Source: a virus
Taxonomy: Duplodnaviria; Caudoviricetes
IMG/VR virus record: IMGVR_UViG_3300006920_000048
Location: 1 to 60,593 of that record
Strand: one strand, 5' to 3'
DNA: 60,593 nucleotides
Position 1 is the first letter of the stretch. Every line of letters begins with the position of its first letter. Both the position numbers and the translations under genes were made by a program. Under the pieces are notes generated by a model, which was given only the letters and a program-made list of their open reading frames with translations, had not been told where the DNA came from and did not search any database. Shown in pieces: positions 19,000 to 27,574 of the stretch.

Positions 19000-19162
19000 C
19001 TCGACCATCCTCATGCAAAAGGATACAACCACCAACACACCACAGTTTGCGGCCGAGGTATTTAATATCATCCGGCATTCCTGTCGTGACTGCTTCGATT
19101 CTTAAGTCTGCAATAAAGACCTCAAATCTCTCAAAGATATCAGTTGAAGTTGATGTATCCAA
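18989..19162 (-). CDS. Small protein, INGCI-motif family member 6 (not in ORF track, 57 aa)
   Basis: TTG start behind GGGAGG; MDTSTSTDIFERFEVFIADLRIEAVTTGMPDDIKYLGRKLWCVGGCILLHEDGRDDG. Confidence 0.7.
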   Translation of the reverse strand: MDTSTSTDIFERFEVFIADLRIEAVTTGMPDDIKYLGRKLWCVGGCILLHEDGRDDG

Positions 19163-19433
19163 AGGTAGACCCTCCCAGAATTATCCGAACATCATCAACA
19201 GTTGCTAGATCAAACCCTGCCTTGAGTACAGCCGACTTGATTCTGCTGATCGGTGTGTCTGCTGCATCTATAATCACTTCAACCACACCATTGCGCACAC
19301 CAACCTCGCATGTATGTTTGCCATCATCTGGCAGTGATTGACCAAGCGCACTTATCAGATAGGTAAGCTTAGTCTCGGTGCGACGTGCTCTGTCTAGTAG
19401 TTCTCTAGTGTTTTCAATATCTTGTATTGTCAT
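19140..19433 (-). CDS. Hypothetical protein
   Basis: AAGGA RBS; 97 aa. Confidence 0.7.
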   Translation of the reverse strand: MTIQDIENTRELLDRARRTETKLTYLISALGQSLPDDGKHTCEVGVRNGVVEVIIDAADTPISRIKSAVLKAGFDLATVDDVRIILGGSTFGYINFN

Positions 19434-19458
19434 TTTATTTTCCTTTTAGTCATCATGA

Positions 19459-19695
19459 TTAGCTCCTGTATTTATCGGTCAATACAATGCACTCATACAC
19501 AATTTCAGTGCATTTAATCCCATTAGCCTCGATGTTGTACTCTTCAAAGATAGCACGACGTAACGCATTGCGAGTTCGTATATGCGATTTCTCTGACACT
19601 AACATTAACATTTTGCAAGTTATGTAATCCTTGTGTCTAAACCAACACAGCGCGTCCCATAACCTGAACAGCCTGTCTATTCGTGATCTTTTCAT
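19459..19695 (-). CDS. Small protein, INGCI-motif family member 5 (divergent)
   Basis: MKRSRIDRLFRLW ... EIVYECIVL; ATGA coupling. Confidence 0.6.
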   Translation of the reverse strand: MKRSRIDRLFRLWDALCWFRHKDYITCKMLMLVSEKSHIRTRNALRRAIFEEYNIEANGIKCTEIVYECIVLTDKYRS

Positions 19696-19925
19696 CCGGC
19701 CCACCATCCAGAAGGTACAACAAGGATAATGGTTCCATTCACGATTCCATGCTCATACCAGTGACCAGCGTCATCAGCGCAAGTGTAGCACTCGAAGGTA
19801 TCACACAAACGGAGGATCTCACCTTTCAACGTGGATCTGAACAGCATGTCGTTGGTGTTTGATCGCTGCTCGAACAGATCCTGGATGTGGTCTATTGGGT
19901 CACGATGTTCATATTTAGTCATCAT
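19692..19925 (-). CDS. Small protein, INGCI-motif family member 4
   Basis: DHIQDLFE ... GIVNGTIILV. Confidence 0.65.
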   Translation of the reverse strand: MMTKYEHRDPIDHIQDLFEQRSNTNDMLFRSTLKGEILRLCDTFECYTCADDAGHWYEHGIVNGTIILVVPSGWWAG

Positions 19926-20151
19926 GATTAGATCCAAAACTGTTTGACAACATAATACACCCGTTAATTAGCGCCACTTCATGCAACTCCCCGTCAATGC
20001 GGTTGCAATCGAAGCTGAATGATGTGACCTTACTTTCTATCACCAGCCGTGTGTGATGTCGTGATGGTGCAGCCATGGTTGTGTGATCTTTCCACAACCG
20101 CTCAAGGTCTTCAAATTTAGTCGTTGAAGTCGGCTTCAATTGTTTCTCCAA
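19915..20151 (-). CDS. Small protein, INGCI-motif family member 3
   Basis: FEDLERLW ... ALINGCIML; TTG start behind GGGGAGG. Confidence 0.65.
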   Translation of the reverse strand: MEKQLKPTSTTKFEDLERLWKDHTTMAAPSRHHTRLVIESKVTSFSFDCNRIDGELHEVALINGCIMLSNSFGSNHDD

Positions 20152-21289
20152 AGCTCGCTACCTCCCCACTGTCCACCACCCATAGCACAGGCACGCTACA
20201 GCTATCAGGCATAGGCCCATACATATCGGTGAATATGATTAATAAATGGCACTCGTCTGCAGCCTCAGCGTACTCAATTATTGGGTGGAAATCAGTACCT
20301 CCACCGCCAACTGCACGCATCTGCAGGTCGTAGTCTGGCCCTGTATACACATCATTGCCTTTGATCTCTGAGTCGAAGTAAACAACATCAACCTCAGAAG
20401 GCTGGCAGTCGGACATGATGTCGGAGCAGTGAGTACCCATAGCACCAGCCTGAACATCACTGATAGAGCCTGAGTAGTCGAAGCCTATGATAACCTTGCC
20501 AAGAGACTCTGACGCCATCTTAGGGCATATCATACCGCCGTAGAGCATGGATCGTTTGAAGTCTGGCTTAGCCCAATTGAACTCAGCTGCAGTCATTGCC
20601 ACCATGTACTTCTGCAGCTGTGAGTACCATGGTTGTTTGACCACCTGAACGCCGGCTACGAACCGGCGCACTGTGCTGGTATCCTTGCCAGCGGCCTTCG
20701 CTGCTTCAGCCGCACTAGCAGTTCTTATGCCAACATCACGCTCATGCTCAGCAGCAGACTTGCCTTGATTATCAGCCGGGTCGTAGTCTTTGATGTCGAA
20801 CCAATCAGCATCAAGCCCATTCAACAAACCACCGCTACCATCACCAACACTCTCACCTTCATCCGGGTTTTCCTTGGACATTTTAATGAGCTTGTCATAG
20901 ACAGCTTCAGTAGACATGCCTTTGAACAAGTCCTCACGCAATAGCGCATCACCAGGAACCTTCAAGCCGTTGTCCTCGGATAGCAACCCATTGACCACAT
21001 AATCCGCAGCAATGTTCCAAATTTTTGGGTTGCGTATGCCGCGTCGTGATGAGTGGAACAACACCACGTGCATTATCTCATGTGCTAAGATAAACACCCG
21101 ATCTTCCAATGGTCTTGGATCGAACTTGGCAGGGTTGTACTGCAGGAACACACCGTTGGTGGCTGCGATTGGCCCTTCGTTGTCTACCTTTATTTTTAGA
21201 TCGTAAAGTAATGCTGTGAAAAATATGTCACGCATTGTTAGCTTGGTGACAGCATCAATAAATCCTTGTGACTGTTCTTCTCGTTTCAT
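20117..21289 (-). CDS. Metallopeptidase-vWA protein (DUF2201-type)
   Basis: HEIMH zinc motif, WNIAADYVVN; MIDAS DYSGS, GGGGTDF, FTDMYG. Confidence 0.9.
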   Translation of the reverse strand: MKREEQSQGFIDAVTKLTMRDIFFTALLYDLKIKVDNEGPIAATNGVFLQYNPAKFDPRPLEDRVFILAHEIMHVVLFHSSRRGIRNPKIWNIAADYVVNGLLSEDNGLKVPGDALLREDLFKGMSTEAVYDKLIKMSKENPDEGESVGDGSGGLLNGLDADWFDIKDYDPADNQGKSAAEHERDVGIRTASAAEAAKAAGKDTSTVRRFVAGVQVVKQPWYSQLQKYMVAMTAAEFNWAKPDFKRSMLYGGMICPKMASESLGKVIIGFDYSGSISDVQAGAMGTHCSDIMSDCQPSEVDVVYFDSEIKGNDVYTGPDYDLQMRAVGGGGTDFHPIIEYAEAADECHLLIIFTDMYGPMPDSCSVPVLWVVDSGEVASFGETIEADFND

Positions 21290-21330
21290 GTCTTTTCCTT
21301 TGTGTGTCTAGATACAATGTGTGCTAGTAC

Positions 21331-21531
21331 CTAGCGTACTAAAATAATGCAGCCATTTACAATAAGGCCGGTTACAATAGGGCCATCTGTAATAAAGGTG
21401 CTTTTGGAGTAAGCTAGTGGTGGACAACTCTCAGTCACATATGTAATTACCTGATTAAATTGCTCAAGGTTAGTAAGCCCCCAAGCACTGTGTTGGATCT
21501 CCCAAAAGTATTCCAGTTCTTCAAAGGTCAT
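21331..21531 (-). CDS. Small protein, INGCI-motif family member 2
   Basis: FEELEYFW ... LIVNGCIILVR. Confidence 0.65.
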   Translation of the reverse strand: MTFEELEYFWEIQHSAWGLTNLEQFNQVITYVTESCPPLAYSKSTFITDGPIVTGLIVNGCIILVR

Positions 21532-21730
21532 AGGGTATCCTTATACATCCTTGGATTGTTACTCCAGTAATGTCAAACTCCGCACCGGATCGCAGGAGTT
21601 TAGTTCTGCGTCTCATATCATGGCCTTTCATTGACATGCCGATGTGTACCCAACCTTGAGGTATGGAGCACTCCTTGGAAAACTCAGGCCATATAGCGTA
21701 CACCTCCTCAAGATCCTGGTGGGCTGACAT
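21521..21730 (-). CDS. Small protein, INGCI-motif family member 1
   Basis: MSAHQDLEEVYAIW ... VTIQGCIRI; ATG 1 nt after ATPase stop. Confidence 0.65.
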   Translation of the reverse strand: MSAHQDLEEVYAIWPEFSKECSIPQGWVHIGMSMKGHDMRRRTKLLRSGAEFDITGVTIQGCIRIPYDL

Positions 21731-21731
21731 G

Positions 21732-22784
21732 TTAGGACAAGTCCAGGATAGCAGCTGTGAGTTCTTTATTCTCACGGAACCATGCACGATACTCAGGAGT
21801 GCGTGCAATAGCGTCACGATCACCACCGCTACTTGCCAACAGCTTGTGATACAACACCTGCACTTCCGTACCAAACCGCTCTGTGTACGTTCTGACAGCC
21901 TTTAAGTCTTTGGCCTTGGTCGTTGTTGCAAGCATGGCAATGACTGCCCATACGTCTGACATCTGCTCAGGCATGAAGGCTAATTTTGGGTCGTGTATGA
22001 TTTGATCATATGACACCAGTGTACGAGCGGCACGCAGGAACCCAATGAATTCTTTGCCAACTGACTCGCCAATATCACCGATGATCTCGTCTTCAGTCAT
22101 TTCTCCAGCTTCGGTGTCAAGCAGACCATCACTTAGACGAACCCATGCGCGAGGATTGGCCCATGCACCATACGTTTTTGTCTCCATATGCTTAGCGAAG
22201 CTATCGACATGGTGCATAGCAATGGACAAGTAAGCCTGCACGTACTGAGACGCACCGATATCTGCCAAGTGTTTCAAGAACCCGTCGACACACACTTCGA
22301 CCTCAACATGGCGTGATCGAGATAATAACGCGAGTGACTGCTGCACAACCCCGGACTTGTGTTTAAGGCTATTGGAGTCGGATATAATGATAACTCCTGC
22401 AGGCTTCTGCAACCCGCCCATGTCTTCGTTGTTGATGTACTTCTGCAGTGCTTTGTTTGTGGCTGGATCAGCATTGTCACGTTCACCCAAGAACAATATG
22501 CCTCGAATATTTGGATCATCGAATCGGTTCGGTAGAGCTGAGTTGTGGAAATGCTCTAATCGCTTGGAATCCATATTTGGTACCACAGCTGAGAAATCAA
22601 GTGGTGACATGCTTGGGGTGTATACATTCCAAAGCTTGAAGGACGGGTCATTCTTCTGGATGTCACGAACAGCTTGCTCAATAATCATCGTCTTACCAAT
22701 GCCAGGATTACCTGTCAAGTGGATGTTAACTCCTGTACGAACTGCACGAGTGATGATTGCTGGGATTTTTTGAATTGAAGTCAT
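21732..22784 (-). CDS. MoxR-like AAA+ ATPase (degenerate Walker B)
   Basis: GNPGIGKT Walker A; GILFLGE in place of hhhhDE; ALLSR Arg finger; NPRAW; paired with vWA gene. Confidence 0.85.
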   Translation of the reverse strand: MTSIQKIPAIITRAVRTGVNIHLTGNPGIGKTMIIEQAVRDIQKNDPSFKLWNVYTPSMSPLDFSAVVPNMDSKRLEHFHNSALPNRFDDPNIRGILFLGERDNADPATNKALQKYINNEDMGGLQKPAGVIIISDSNSLKHKSGVVQQSLALLSRSRHVEVEVCVDGFLKHLADIGASQYVQAYLSIAMHHVDSFAKHMETKTYGAWANPRAWVRLSDGLLDTEAGEMTEDEIIGDIGESVGKEFIGFLRAARTLVSYDQIIHDPKLAFMPEQMSDVWAVIAMLATTTKAKDLKAVRTYTERFGTEVQVLYHKLLASSGGDRDAIARTPEYRAWFRENKELTAAILDLS

Positions 22785-22897
22785 AATATTTTCCTTTGTA
22801 TGTTTAGATACATAGCACGTTAGTGCCTTGTTTAAGTTAAAGTTTTGCTGCTTGGTTCGGCATAGTAGCCTTTACGTGTCCCGGCTAGTACGCCGTG

Positions 22898-23689
22898 CTA
22901 ACCAGGCAATTGATTACGTTCGTTAAATAAATTCTTACGTTCAGCAAGCATGTCGGTTATCTTGTCCATGACACACATCACAATGGCTGATGGGATATCA
23001 CAGCGTATTGGCTTGATGTGCTTGATGAGCTTCAACACGTCACGGCGTAACGTGACCAGCTGTTCGCTAATCTCTTCTTTGCGCTGCTCTTGCTGAAATC
23101 TTTCGCCATCCTCCCGTAGCACTTCGCACTCACGCTCTGCCATACTGTCTGCTGCCTTAGCTGCGTCGGCATGACTGCCATACACCTCACTGACGTCGAT
23201 AGTTATGCCATCGCAGTCCACTGTACGAATAGCTGCAAGGAAGGATGTATACTCGCCCTCACAACCTGTTTCGTTTCTAATTTGCGTGCATTTTTTGTGC
23301 GATATCTGGATAGTCAACGACTCGACTCTATCTAGGGAATCACCACCTACGTGCCACGTATTAACTGCATTAGGCTCCATACGTCCTGTGAACTCGTGAC
23401 CTTCCTTCATATACACATAATTGCCACACTCGCTGCGGTTGCAGTAGCTACGTGAGTACGTGCGGCGATACCATTGGTGTTGCTTGGCCTTTTTAATTGC
23501 CGCTCGTCTGGCAAGTACTTCAGCCGCACCCTTACCTATCTTATCGAGCACATCCTGATACACCTCGATGTCAATGTAGCTGTCACTAGCGGATCTGGCA
23601 AGTGAGTCAGAGTGTTGATGGATATGTGTGGCTAACTCGCCAGCCTTGGTTAGTGTGTAGTTATTGTCATTTCTTTTGAACATGATCAT
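22898..23689 (-). CDS. Hypothetical early protein
   Basis: 263-aa ORF, ATGA coupling. Confidence 0.7.
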   Translation of the reverse strand: MIMFKRNDNNYTLTKAGELATHIHQHSDSLARSASDSYIDIEVYQDVLDKIGKGAAEVLARRAAIKKAKQHQWYRRTYSRSYCNRSECGNYVYMKEGHEFTGRMEPNAVNTWHVGGDSLDRVESLTIQISHKKCTQIRNETGCEGEYTSFLAAIRTVDCDGITIDVSEVYGSHADAAKAADSMAERECEVLREDGERFQQEQRKEEISEQLVTLRRDVLKLIKHIKPIRCDIPSAIVMCVMDKITDMLAERKNLFNERNQLPG

Positions 23690-23994
23690 TTCCCCTCTAT
23701 TATTTGATTAACTGGCCATCCCCTGGCATGCCGTGAGGCTAACGTGTTCAGTGATACTCCGGTCTTGATTGACCATTGCTTAATCGTACCTTCAGTGCCC
23801 TTGTACTTGAGTTTTATAGTTGGTTGTCGCGTACCTTTACGCCCTTCCCTTCCATTTATACACTCGGTAGGTGTCCAGCCCCTGTACTCACGATCTTGTA
23901 GTGTCCTTAGCGGCACGCCGTATTTACGAGCCATGTACGACAGCGTGGCTGTCTCACCTTTGTATGTAATAGTTATCTTACGTTTTTTTGACAT
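23686..23994 (-). CDS. Protein of two tandem small HTH-like repeats
   Basis: ITYKGETATLSYMARKYGV...RGW and LKYKGTEGTIKQWSIKTGV...RGW. Confidence 0.75.
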   Translation of the reverse strand: MSKKRKITITYKGETATLSYMARKYGVPLRTLQDREYRGWTPTECINGREGRKGTRQPTIKLKYKGTEGTIKQWSIKTGVSLNTLASRHARGWPVNQIIEGK

Positions 23995-24322
23995 ATTTTT
24001 TCCCTATTTTTCCGTGAACTATCTCTATGCTGTTAGTCCAGCCTCTATAGTGTCGACCATAGATTGTGTTGTATGATACACCTGTAGCCCGAGACAGCTC
24101 GGTCAGTGATTGGTACGTAATCCCTCTATAGATGACAGGTGTTGACAGCTTAGTCGGGCCGAAGTTAGCCGGATCTCTCTTAGGTCTGCCTTCTATAATC
24201 TCATAATCAGCCCAGCCTCGTCTGGCTCTGGTGTAAAGTGTTGCTGCAGGCATGTTTAATTCTTCAGCCCACCGCCACAAACATTGTGTCTTGCCGTTGT
24301 AGTTAAGTTTAGTCTTTCTCAC
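23978..24322 (-). CDS. Paralogue with two tandem HTH-like repeats
   Basis: GTG start behind AGGAG; LNYNGKTQCL..WAEELNM...RGW and IYRGITYQSLTELSRATGV...RGW. Confidence 0.75.
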   Translation of the reverse strand: MRKTKLNYNGKTQCLWRWAEELNMPAATLYTRARRGWADYEIIEGRPKRDPANFGPTKLSTPVIYRGITYQSLTELSRATGVSYNTIYGRHYRGWTNSIEIVHGKIGKKYVKKT

Positions 24323-24326
24323 GACT

Positions 24327-24473
24327 TTATCTCCTCGAATATTCTTCTGCCTTCTGAACCAAGGCCACACGCATTTCATGGTACAGAGCCAGCTTTTTAG
24401 CTTCCAACACAATTAGCTTGTCAAGCGTAGCAATGGCTTGCCTATACTTCTTGGCCTTCGCTTTATCGTACAT
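24327..24473 (-). CDS. Small hypothetical protein (48 aa, not in track)
   Basis: MYDKAKAKKYRQAIATLDKL...; fills the gap between neighbours exactly. Confidence 0.55.
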   Translation of the reverse strand: MYDKAKAKKYRQAIATLDKLIVLEAKKLALYHEMRVALVQKAEEYSRR

Positions 24474-24475
24474 AG

Positions 24476-25012
24476 TTATGACGCCAACTCAAGGATAGCT
24501 TCATTGATGCGCAGCTCTTCTTGCAGCTGCTCTATGGTGTCTGCCTTCACGCCCTTGACGACATCAGCACCAAACAACTCAACCAGCTTATTGGCTTGAG
24601 TCAGAGAATTATTACCTTGTTGCAACAGATGAGGCTTGTTCTGTCTGGCACGTGACGCTTTAGTCCACAACTCACTGGCCTGAGCCACCAAGTCTTTCCA
24701 CACACCTGGTAAGTCGCTCGTGGTGGTTGGGCAACTATCCGGTGTCCAGATTATCGGTGTGTGGTTCAAACGACGCAGCAGATCATTAAGTATAGAAAGC
24801 TGTGCGTTAGTGGTCACTGAGTAGCTGTAAGAGGTGACAAAGATCACATCTTGTTTTTTCTTAGTCTCAATGCGTGATGCTATGCATGTTGAGTAGCTAT
24901 ACAGCCTGTCAAAACCAGTGAATGAAAAATTTCCCGTTGGTGTTCTGGCATGGTCACGATCTTGTGATACCCATGCAGCTGCTACTTCTTCTTTTTTAAT
25001 TACGTGTCTCAT
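24476..25012 (-). CDS. Conserved phage early hypothetical protein
   Basis: LYSYSTCIA...YSVTT motif; AAGGAG RBS. Confidence 0.75.
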   Translation of the reverse strand: MRHVIKKEEVAAAWVSQDRDHARTPTGNFSFTGFDRLYSYSTCIASRIETKKKQDVIFVTSYSYSVTTNAQLSILNDLLRRLNHTPIIWTPDSCPTTTSDLPGVWKDLVAQASELWTKASRARQNKPHLLQQGNNSLTQANKLVELFGADVVKGVKADTIEQLQEELRINEAILELAS

Positions 25013-25038
25013 ACTTATCTCCTTTGTGTAGTGTGTTG

Positions 25039-25401
25039 TTACCAGTTATAAATGACGTTACCGTCACGCTTGAATCGCATCGCCATTCCTGTTATTTTCA
25101 AGTCTCCATCCCACTCAGCTATGAATTTGGCAAGTGGGCTGTGGCTTATATATTTGGTTCCTTTTAGGTCTGAGGTAGTGCCATCCACATGGAAGCATGT
25201 AGTTTCTATAATATAACCGTCAGTGTGGATGAAGAACCATGTACCCATGCCTACAACAAACTCATCCAGATTTTTGTGCTTGCGCATGAGATTCAAAGCG
25301 TCATGGATGACAATTTTCTCTATGCTCTTGTTCAGCTGATCATATGCTCTGTTGAACTTGGCAAGCTCATCGCGTCTTAACTTAGCTATTTTGCCGCTCA
25401 T
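25039..25401 (-). CDS. Hypothetical early protein
   Basis: AAGGAG RBS; first gene after promoter at 25477. Confidence 0.75.
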   Translation of the reverse strand: MSGKIAKLRRDELAKFNRAYDQLNKSIEKIVIHDALNLMRKHKNLDEFVVGMGTWFFIHTDGYIIETTCFHVDGTTSDLKGTKYISHSPLAKFIAEWDGDLKITGMAMRFKRDGNVIYNW

Positions 25402-25476
25402 GGTGTTTCTCCTTTGTGTGCCCCAATTAGTACGGTGTGCTAGTTGGGGATTTGTAAGTCACTCAATGTTATATAC

Positions 25477-25505
25477 ATTATAGCACAACTACGCACTAAA
25501 TGCAA
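25477..25505 (-). promoter_or_regulatory. Strong sigma70 promoter TTGCAT-N17-TATAAT (extended -10)
   Basis: Minus strand TTGCATttagtgcgtagttgtgcTATAAT. Confidence 0.85.
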
Positions 25506-25526
25506 GCTTTATTTTCCAACAAACTT

Positions 25527-25850
25527 TTATTGAATAGTGTTCGATATAATGATAGCTGGATCGACTCCGGTGTTGAGATCATCATCATTGACCCGAGCAC
25601 CCCTAGCGTAAGTGTTTATGAATGCGCTACATATAATGAATTCTTCACGTGTCATTTCTTTTGAGCCGACGTGTACCTCAGAAACAACATCTGAATAGAC
25701 GTTGGACGCTTTAAGTTCAAGGATGTATGTGGCAATGAGTAGTGCCAACTCCGCATCGGTCTCAGCATCCATCAATATAAATGTCTCAATCTCTTGATCC
25801 CCTTTACCGAACTTCACAAGCTCAGTTATTCTAATCGTATAGTATTTCAT
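25527..25850 (-). CDS. Hypothetical early protein
   Basis: GGAG RBS, ATGA coupling. Confidence 0.7.
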   Translation of the reverse strand: MKYYTIRITELVKFGKGDQEIETFILMDAETDAELALLIATYILELKASNVYSDVVSEVHVGSKEMTREEFIICSAFINTYARGARVNDDDLNTGVDPAIIISNTIQ

Positions 25851-26209
25851 GGCTTGTCTCCATGTACTTGTGGTAATGCCTTACGACGGCATACGGTGAT
25901 GCGTCTCTGCAATCCTTGCAGTGTCCTGCTTGCGTTATATATGACACGCCCTCGTGCCTTTGGTATAGCCTGCCGTATTGCTATACGCCATGGCTTAGCC
26001 TTGAGGAAATCCATGCGGTTTTTGTATCTGCGAGTGGGGCTGTGACCCACACCAAGTATCTCTCCAGACTTGGCATCAAAGATAGTGACGCGGGTATAGA
26101 AGCTTATTGCACCACAAAATATTGGCAGGTGTCGCTTGCTCAAAGGCTTGTTGTATGGGAGGAATGGTTCGCCGTTTAGGGTGATGCATATGCTGTATTT
26201 CTTAGCCAT
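25847..26209 (-). CDS. Basic hypothetical early protein
   Basis: GGAG RBS directly after palindrome at 26225. Confidence 0.7.
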   Translation of the reverse strand: MAKKYSICITLNGEPFLPYNKPLSKRHLPIFCGAISFYTRVTIFDAKSGEILGVGHSPTRRYKNRMDFLKAKPWRIAIRQAIPKARGRVIYNASRTLQGLQRRITVCRRKALPQVHGDKP

Positions 26210-26237
26210 GATGTTGTCTCCGGGTTAGTCCGCCGTA

Positions 26238-26426
26238 CTAATGCGGTGTTGTTAGTTGAAACGCTACTTGATCTATATCAACATTGTCTGTGAGGTTTGT
26301 AATCTCAGCACATAGCAATACAAACTCAACTTTGTTCATGTTTTTAACCTTGCCTCTGACATATGACTTGTTGCCATTCAGCCAGCTCTCGCACAACTCA
26401 TTGATTTTTATGTGATTAACTTTCAT
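26238..26426 (-). CDS. Small hypothetical protein
   Basis: AGGAG RBS; ESWLNGNKS motif. Confidence 0.65.
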   Translation of the reverse strand: MKVNHIKINELCESWLNGNKSYVRGKVKNMNKVEFVLLCAEITNLTDNVDIDQVAFQLTTPH

Positions 26427-26784
26427 AGTGTTGTCTCCTGGTTAGTGCATTCTGGAATGAGTCTCTAAGTCCACTCCATGCACAAGTTCAAATATGTAAT
26501 CAATAGATGTAAGAAATAGACAGAACATTAACGCGGCTAAGAAGTACAGTGGCCAGTCGTGCTTAGGCTCACTGCGGCCGTTAAAAGGTTTGATTTGCTT
26601 GGTCATAGTAGTTCTTCCTCAAATTTGCATTGTTTAGTTACGTGTCTGTCCTTAACCTTCAGCTGGTTCTTAGATTTGCTGAAGTACTTCCATTGTCCTT
26701 TAGTCTTCACGCGGTAGAGCAGAGGATTGCTAAGCCCTCCGCGTTTATAGAACTCTTGCTTTGTAAGTGTCATTGGTGTTTCTC

Positions 26785-26970
26785 CTATCTGATTTTAGTC
26801 CACCCTATAAGTTGAGCGTCCAGTGATTCAAAGAATAGCATCCTAGGTACAAGCACCCCATCCACCCAAAAGTTGCTGACCTCTGTGCCGTGTGCGTCGC
26901 AAGCATAATATTTCCTGAACTCAATGCCGTTGATGGTAATAGTCTTGTTGCTTGATCTTGCTACACTCAT
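26785..26970 (-). CDS. Small hypothetical protein
   Basis: AAGGAG RBS. Confidence 0.6.
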   Translation of the reverse strand: MSVARSSNKTITINGIEFRKYYACDAHGTEVSNFWVDGVLVPRMLFFESLDAQLIGWTKIR

Positions 26971-27081
26971 GGGTGTTTCTCCTTAAATATGTACAGCCAA
27001 ATAGAATAAGAACCCATACGCCAGCGTATCGAATATGAAGTCTCTTATCATATGACTCTGTTTTATTTTCATGATAGCCTC

Positions 27082-27351
27082 CTAATACATCCTTTTGACT
27101 TCAGGGCACACAGACTTTAACGCTGTGTATATGTGGTCATCGCCAACATAGCTGTACAACTCAGCGCACACCCACTTGGTTAGGCCGCTAAAATGTAGCA
27201 GATCAAAACAAAACCTCTGTTGCAAATCCTTTACCAGACGGGATCTGTCAAATCTACCGTTCTCATAGTCAGTTACCATTCTGGGGTTGTCGTGCAAAAA
27301 TTTACTGGTGACTTCCTTGATGTGCTCCAGGTGTTCAGGTTTTATTTTCAT
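27082..27351 (-). CDS. Conserved phage hypothetical protein
   Basis: MKIKPEH...RFCFDLL...LYSYVGDDHIYTALK. Confidence 0.7.
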   Translation of the reverse strand: MKIKPEHLEHIKEVTSKFLHDNPRMVTDYENGRFDRSRLVKDLQQRFCFDLLHFSGLTKWVCAELYSYVGDDHIYTALKSVCPEVKRMY

Positions 27352-27563
27352 GATAATCTCGCTTGTATAAGTTCAAATTCTAACCAATCACGCAGGTATT
27401 TTGGTATGGTGTAGTGGTTAGCCCTTAACTTGTTGATGTTGAACAGCCAGTAGTCCTCACCATTCGGTGCGTCATTGGATAGGTATACAATCTCAACACC
27501 TATGCGCTGATCATCTAAGAACGTTGTCGTATAGGACTTGCTGTATTTAATCATCGTTCCCAT
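27348..27563 (-). CDS. Small hypothetical protein
   Basis: ORF in operon, ATGA coupling to next gene. Confidence 0.55.
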   Translation of the reverse strand: MGTMIKYSKSYTTTFLDDQRIGVEIVYLSNDAPNGEDYWLFNINKLRANHYTIPKYLRDWLEFELIQARLS

Positions 27564-27574
27564 CTAGCACAGCT

